Made by a program: the position numbers and the translations under genes | Shown here: positions 37,353 to 41,535 of the stretch, in pieces | Layout: each line of letters opens with the position of its first letter | Position numbering within the stretch: position 1 is the stretch's first letter | The notes under the pieces: model-generated | What the model was told of the DNA's origin: nothing | What the model saw: the letters and a program-made list of their open reading frames with translations, nothing else | Databases searched by the model: none | Source: Octopus sinensis | Lineage: Eukaryota | Assembly: GCF_006345805.1 (NCBI RefSeq) | Contig: NW_021835252.1 | Location: 1 to 41,535, forward strand | Direction: 5' to 3' | DNA length: 41,535 nucleotides

Positions 37353-37830
37353 TTAAAAAGCTCAATAGTAGAAGATAATGGTGAATTTATCAGTTCTTGG
37401 AAGGCATAAATAGGATCATATCGAAGAGAAAGACAGACAGTGAGGGACAAAAGAGAAAGTGAGATAGAGAGATGGATAGATAGACAGATGGATAGAGAGG
37501 GAGAGGGAGAGAGAGAAAGATAGGCGGAGAGAGGGAGAGGTGAGAGGGAGAGACATGAAAGTGAGGAGAAATAAGTGTAAGAGAAGAAAAGTTGAGGTAG
37601 ATATAGAGAAAGAAAGTTTACTAGTAAAAGAACGAGTGTTGTATGAGTACAAGTCTGTGTGATGCAGAGAGGGAGAGAGACGGAGGGGAGAGAGAGAAGA
37701 GAGAAAGAGAAAGAGAAAGAGAAGAGAAAGATACTTTGACAAACATTCAGTCTAATAAATATGACGACAAAAAGCAGATAGTGTGTGAAGGGAGAGGAAA
37801 CAAGAGTATAGTAGAGAGCTAATCGATAAA

Positions 37831-37831
37831 G

Positions 37832-37886
<55 letters not shown>

Positions 37887-37887
37887 C

Positions 37888-37923
<36 letters not shown>

Positions 37924-37983
37924 TGTAGTAGTAGTAGTAGTAGTAGTTGAAGCAGCAGCAGTAGCAGTATTAGCAGTATTAGC

Positions 37984-38023
<40 letters not shown>

Positions 38024-38068
38024 TAGTAGTAGTAGTAGAAGCAGCAGCAGCAGTACAGTAGCAGCAGC

Positions 38069-38100
<32 letters not shown>

Positions 38101-38101
38101 A

Positions 38102-38136
<35 letters not shown>

Positions 38137-38171
38137 TAGTAGTAGTAGTTGTAGTAGTAGTAGTAGTAGTA
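37831..38171. repeat. (GTA)n/(GCA)n trinucleotide tract
   Basis: Directly visible. Confidence 0.95.
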
Positions 38172-38199
38172 GGTGGGGTGCTTGTAGTGGTGAGGTGTT

Positions 38200-38330
38200 G
38201 GGAGCGGTAGAGGTTGTCTGTCCGTCGTCCGGTTTAAATCCAGGCACCGATTGGCCGTTTGGTGCGTTTGGTGTGTCCACTCCACTCCATCATTCGGACC
38301 AGGCCCCGCCCCGCCCCACCTGCTCTGGCT
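38200..38330 (-). promoter_or_regulatory. Promoter-like GC-rich island
   Basis: On minus: E-box CAGGTG (38317-38322), tandem GC boxes GGGGCGGGGCGGGG (38304-38317), CCAAT (38250-38254), TATA-like TTTAAA (38233-38238); CpG-rich against an AT-rich background. Confidence 0.45.
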
Positions 38331-38545
38331 TAGGATAGTTTTTTTTTTTTGTTTTTATTTCTTTATTTATATTATTTAATTTTTTTTTTGCTTGATGTGC
38401 TTGTTCCTCTATTACAACAACCATATGAATCGCAGCGTCATTATCTCTGCCCCTCCCCCCTCATCCCTACCTATTAGCCGGCTTTCCTTAGGCCCTGCAA
38501 AGGTCATGGGCACTGCTCTACCTCGTCTCGCTAACACAAGTAGAT

Positions 38546-38584
<39 letters not shown>

Positions 38585-39024
38585 AACAACAAAACAACAA
38601 CAACAACAACAATAATAATAATGATAGATGATGATGATGATGATGATGATGACGACAATAAAAGAATAGAGAGAGGGAAGCCTTGGAGAGTCTGCAAGGA
38701 CTCCTTTACCTTTCAGAGGGAGATGAAAGACGCTGGAGGCTGTGGTAGAGTTGCGTTTTTCAGTGGCCGGAAGGTGCTACCAGCACACAGGCAATCTATA
38801 TGCAGGCTGAGGATGCCCTTATCTACTTCTCTGTGTTTGTGTGTGTGTGTGTGTGTGGGGGGGGAGTCTTTATTTTCCCTGGTTTTTTTTCTTTATTTCT
38901 TGTTTTTTTTTTCGGGTCCCTATTCCTTTTTCCCATTTATTTACACATTCATGCACTGGTTTATTCATTTACGTTTGTCAAACAAGTAACATCTGTTGTT
39001 GTTTCTTTTATCAACAAGCCAGTG

Positions 39025-39064
39025 TTATACGTGTGCGTGTATGTGTGTATGTATGTATGTATGC

Positions 39065-39097
<33 letters not shown>

Positions 39098-39154
39098 TGT
39101 ATGTATGTATGTATGTGTGTATGTATGTCTTTATGTATGTATGTATGTATGTAT

Positions 39155-39224
<70 letters not shown>

Positions 39225-39245
39225 CTTGATACAAATTCATATATC

Positions 39246-39296
<51 letters not shown>

Positions 39297-39320
39297 TTTA
39301 TATCATATATATACATATAT
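39025..39320. repeat. Compound (TATG)n/(TA)n/(GATA)n tract
   Basis: Directly visible. Confidence 0.95.
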
Positions 39321-39697
39321 GGTGGTGCTATTAAGTTAGACAAGGCCTGGGCCAATAATGGCCGAAACCTATCAAAGTATCAAAGTATATATATGTATTT
39401 CTAATACACACATACACACACACACAACACATATATACTATATATATATATTATAATATATATATATATATATGTATATACAATGTATTTTGCTCGCGCG
39501 GGCGCGCATGCTGTGTGAAAGCGTGTCTGTGTGTCTGAGGTTGTTTGAAAAGTGAGAATGAACGATTGAATGAGAACAACTCGAATGAATGAATGAATGA
39601 ATGAATGGAAAGAGTAGAATGAAGAAATGAGTGAGTAACGTGTTTCTATTTTTCTTACTTTTATACAATGAATGTAAGGAGCAGTGTCAGTGTTGTT

Positions 39698-39728
<31 letters not shown>

Positions 39729-39768
39729 TTATGTGTATTTGCTTGTACATGAATGATTGTATTCCATA

Positions 39769-39807
<39 letters not shown>

Positions 39808-40200
39808 GGCGCAGGAGTAGCTGTGTGGTAAGTAGTTGCTAACCAACCACATGGTTCTGGGTTCAATCCACTGTGTGGCATCTTGGGCAAGTGTCTTCTG
39901 CTATAGCCCCGGGCCGACCAATGCCTTGTGAGTGGATTTGGTAGACGGAAACTGAAAGAAGCCTGTCGTATATATGTATAAATATATATATATATGTGTT
40001 TGTCCCCCTAGCATTACTTGACAACCGATGCTGGTGTGTGTTTACGTCCCCGTCACATAGCGGTTCGGCAAAAGAGACCGATAGAATAAGTACTGGGCTT
40101 ACAAAGAATAAGTCCCGGGGTCGATTTGCTCGACTAAAGGCGGTGCTCCAGCATGGCCGCAGTCAAATGACTGAAACAAGTAAAAGAGAGTAAAAGAGAG
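39808..40200 (+). mobile_element. Family A SINE, full length, well preserved
   Basis: GGCGCAGGAGTAGCTGTGTGGTAAG head, GGTTCAATCC B box, CORE, central (TA)n, tail (AGTAAAAGAG)2; sits next to a (TA)n tract. Confidence 0.95.
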
Positions 40201-40809
40201 ATATATGCGCCTTTGTGTGTGTGTGTGTGTGCATGTGTGTGTGTGTGTGCGTGTGTGTGTGTGTGCGCGCGTGTGAAATTCTTTCCATGTTTCGATTAGC
40301 AACATGAAATTCGAACCCTTTGTCTTTGCTAAAATGTCGTCTGCATTTTTCAACTTTATCCCCCCCACTCTACATCCTTCACTCTCTGTCTCTCTGTTTG
40401 TCTGTCTGTCTGTTTGTCCCTCTTTTTCGCTTTCTATCTTTCTCCCACTCTCTACCTCTCTCTCTCTCTCTATCTATCTATCTTTCTTTCTTTCTTTCCT
40501 TCTTTCTTTCCCTCTCATGTCTCTCTCACTCATTTCTCTCTCTCTCTCTTTCTCATTCATTCACTCTCTTTTTCTCATTTTTCGCTCCTTCGTACGTCAT
40601 CAATATTTCTTTCTCCCCCCTTCCATATTACTATCCTACCTCTCTTCTTCTTCAACCCAATCCTTCTTCCACCCTCTCCCTTACCTTTTTCTAAGTTTGA
40701 TGATGTTTGATCGTCAGACAACAACAATTCCAGCGGGGACACTTCCGCAGAATCGTCTTCTCATTCTCCACTGTTGCGGCTACCAGTATTTTTTGTTGCT
40801 GTTATTGCA

Positions 40810-40875
40810 GTTTTTGTTGTTGCTCAGCACCCAAGTCAGCCCTGATCAAGCAGACAGACTATGTTCAAAGACCCC
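40810..40875 (-). mobile_element. Family C 3' end fragment with (AAC)n-type tail
   Basis: TTGTTGTTGCTCAGCACCCAAGTCAGCCCTGATCAAGCAGAC ... TATGTTCAAAG. Confidence 0.55.
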
Positions 40876-40884
40876 CTCCTGTGG

Positions 40885-40915
<31 letters not shown>

Positions 40916-41039
40916 AGTTATAGTTCTTGTTGCTGTTGTTGTCAGAAGAACACATTTATGCGACTGTGTACAAAATTTCCACGCTGACTCGCTCTGGCTA
41001 CTGTCGGTGTTGATGCTGGCGTTGTTGTTGTTGTCGCTG

Positions 41040-41525
41040 GCAATGATGACGACGACGACGATGATGATGATGATGTGGGTGGTGGTGGTGGTGGTGGTGG
41101 TGGTGGGTGGTGGTTGTGGGTGGTGGTGGTGGTGGTGGTGGTGGTGGTGGTGGTGGTGGTGGTGGTGGTGGTGGTGGTGGAGGAAAGGGAGCAGGGATTA
41201 CGCCGCGCTAGCTATTTCTTTCTGCTCGTATTTTTTTTTTTTTGGTTTCACTTTCAGTTTATTGCTATTTTGTCATTCTTGAATTTTGTTGATACTGCCG
41301 CTGACAATGTGATGAAAGAGTCCAACAAACAAACTGACAACAATATGTAACAGAAACAGCCTCCCAACATCATCGTCATCGCCATCATCGTCATCATCAT
41401 CATCATCATCATCTTCATCATCGTAATCGTCATCACCATAATCCACCCTCACATTACATCATCATCATCATCCTCATCATCATCATCATCATCATCGTCA
41501 TCATCATCATCATCATCATCATCAT
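41040..41525. repeat. (GAT)n/(GGT)n tract followed by (CAT)n tract
   Basis: Directly visible. Confidence 0.9.
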
Positions 41526-41535
41526 CTCCAACCAC

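Noticed and set aside
1-41535. CRISPR array or prokaryotic defence system
   Set aside because: No repeat-spacer periodicity, operons or long ORFs; all repeats are microsatellites or eukaryotic interspersed elements

Overview
AT-rich, microsatellite-saturated, non-coding eukaryotic DNA (intronic or intergenic). The repeat families look like those of a coleoid cephalopod, most likely Octopus (inference from remembered repeat families, not a database search). I find no intact protein-coding gene, tRNA/rRNA gene or CRISPR array; almost all listed ORFs are translations of simple repeats. Supported content: about 12 copies or fragments of a tRNA-headed CORE-type SINE (family A), several copies of a second tRNA-headed SINE with a Meta-like domain (family B), a third interspersed repeat (family C), one more CORE-bearing SINE, a decayed mariner with one TIR, a decayed pogo-type transposase, one clear and one faint RTE-like RT relic, and a 161-bp hAT-like MITE with an 8-bp TSD. 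The most interesting signals are structural: a ~310-bp fold-back palindrome with a pri-miRNA-sized core (12646-12957), a Penelope-type minimal hammerhead motif with an atypical core (25025-25062), a stem-loop with compensatory base changes between family A copies, repeated convergent SINE pairs, a GC-rich hairpin ending in CTAG (36071-36135), and a compact promoter-like island (38200-38330). None of these establishes a new biological system from sequence alone. Boundaries of degenerate repeats are approximate.
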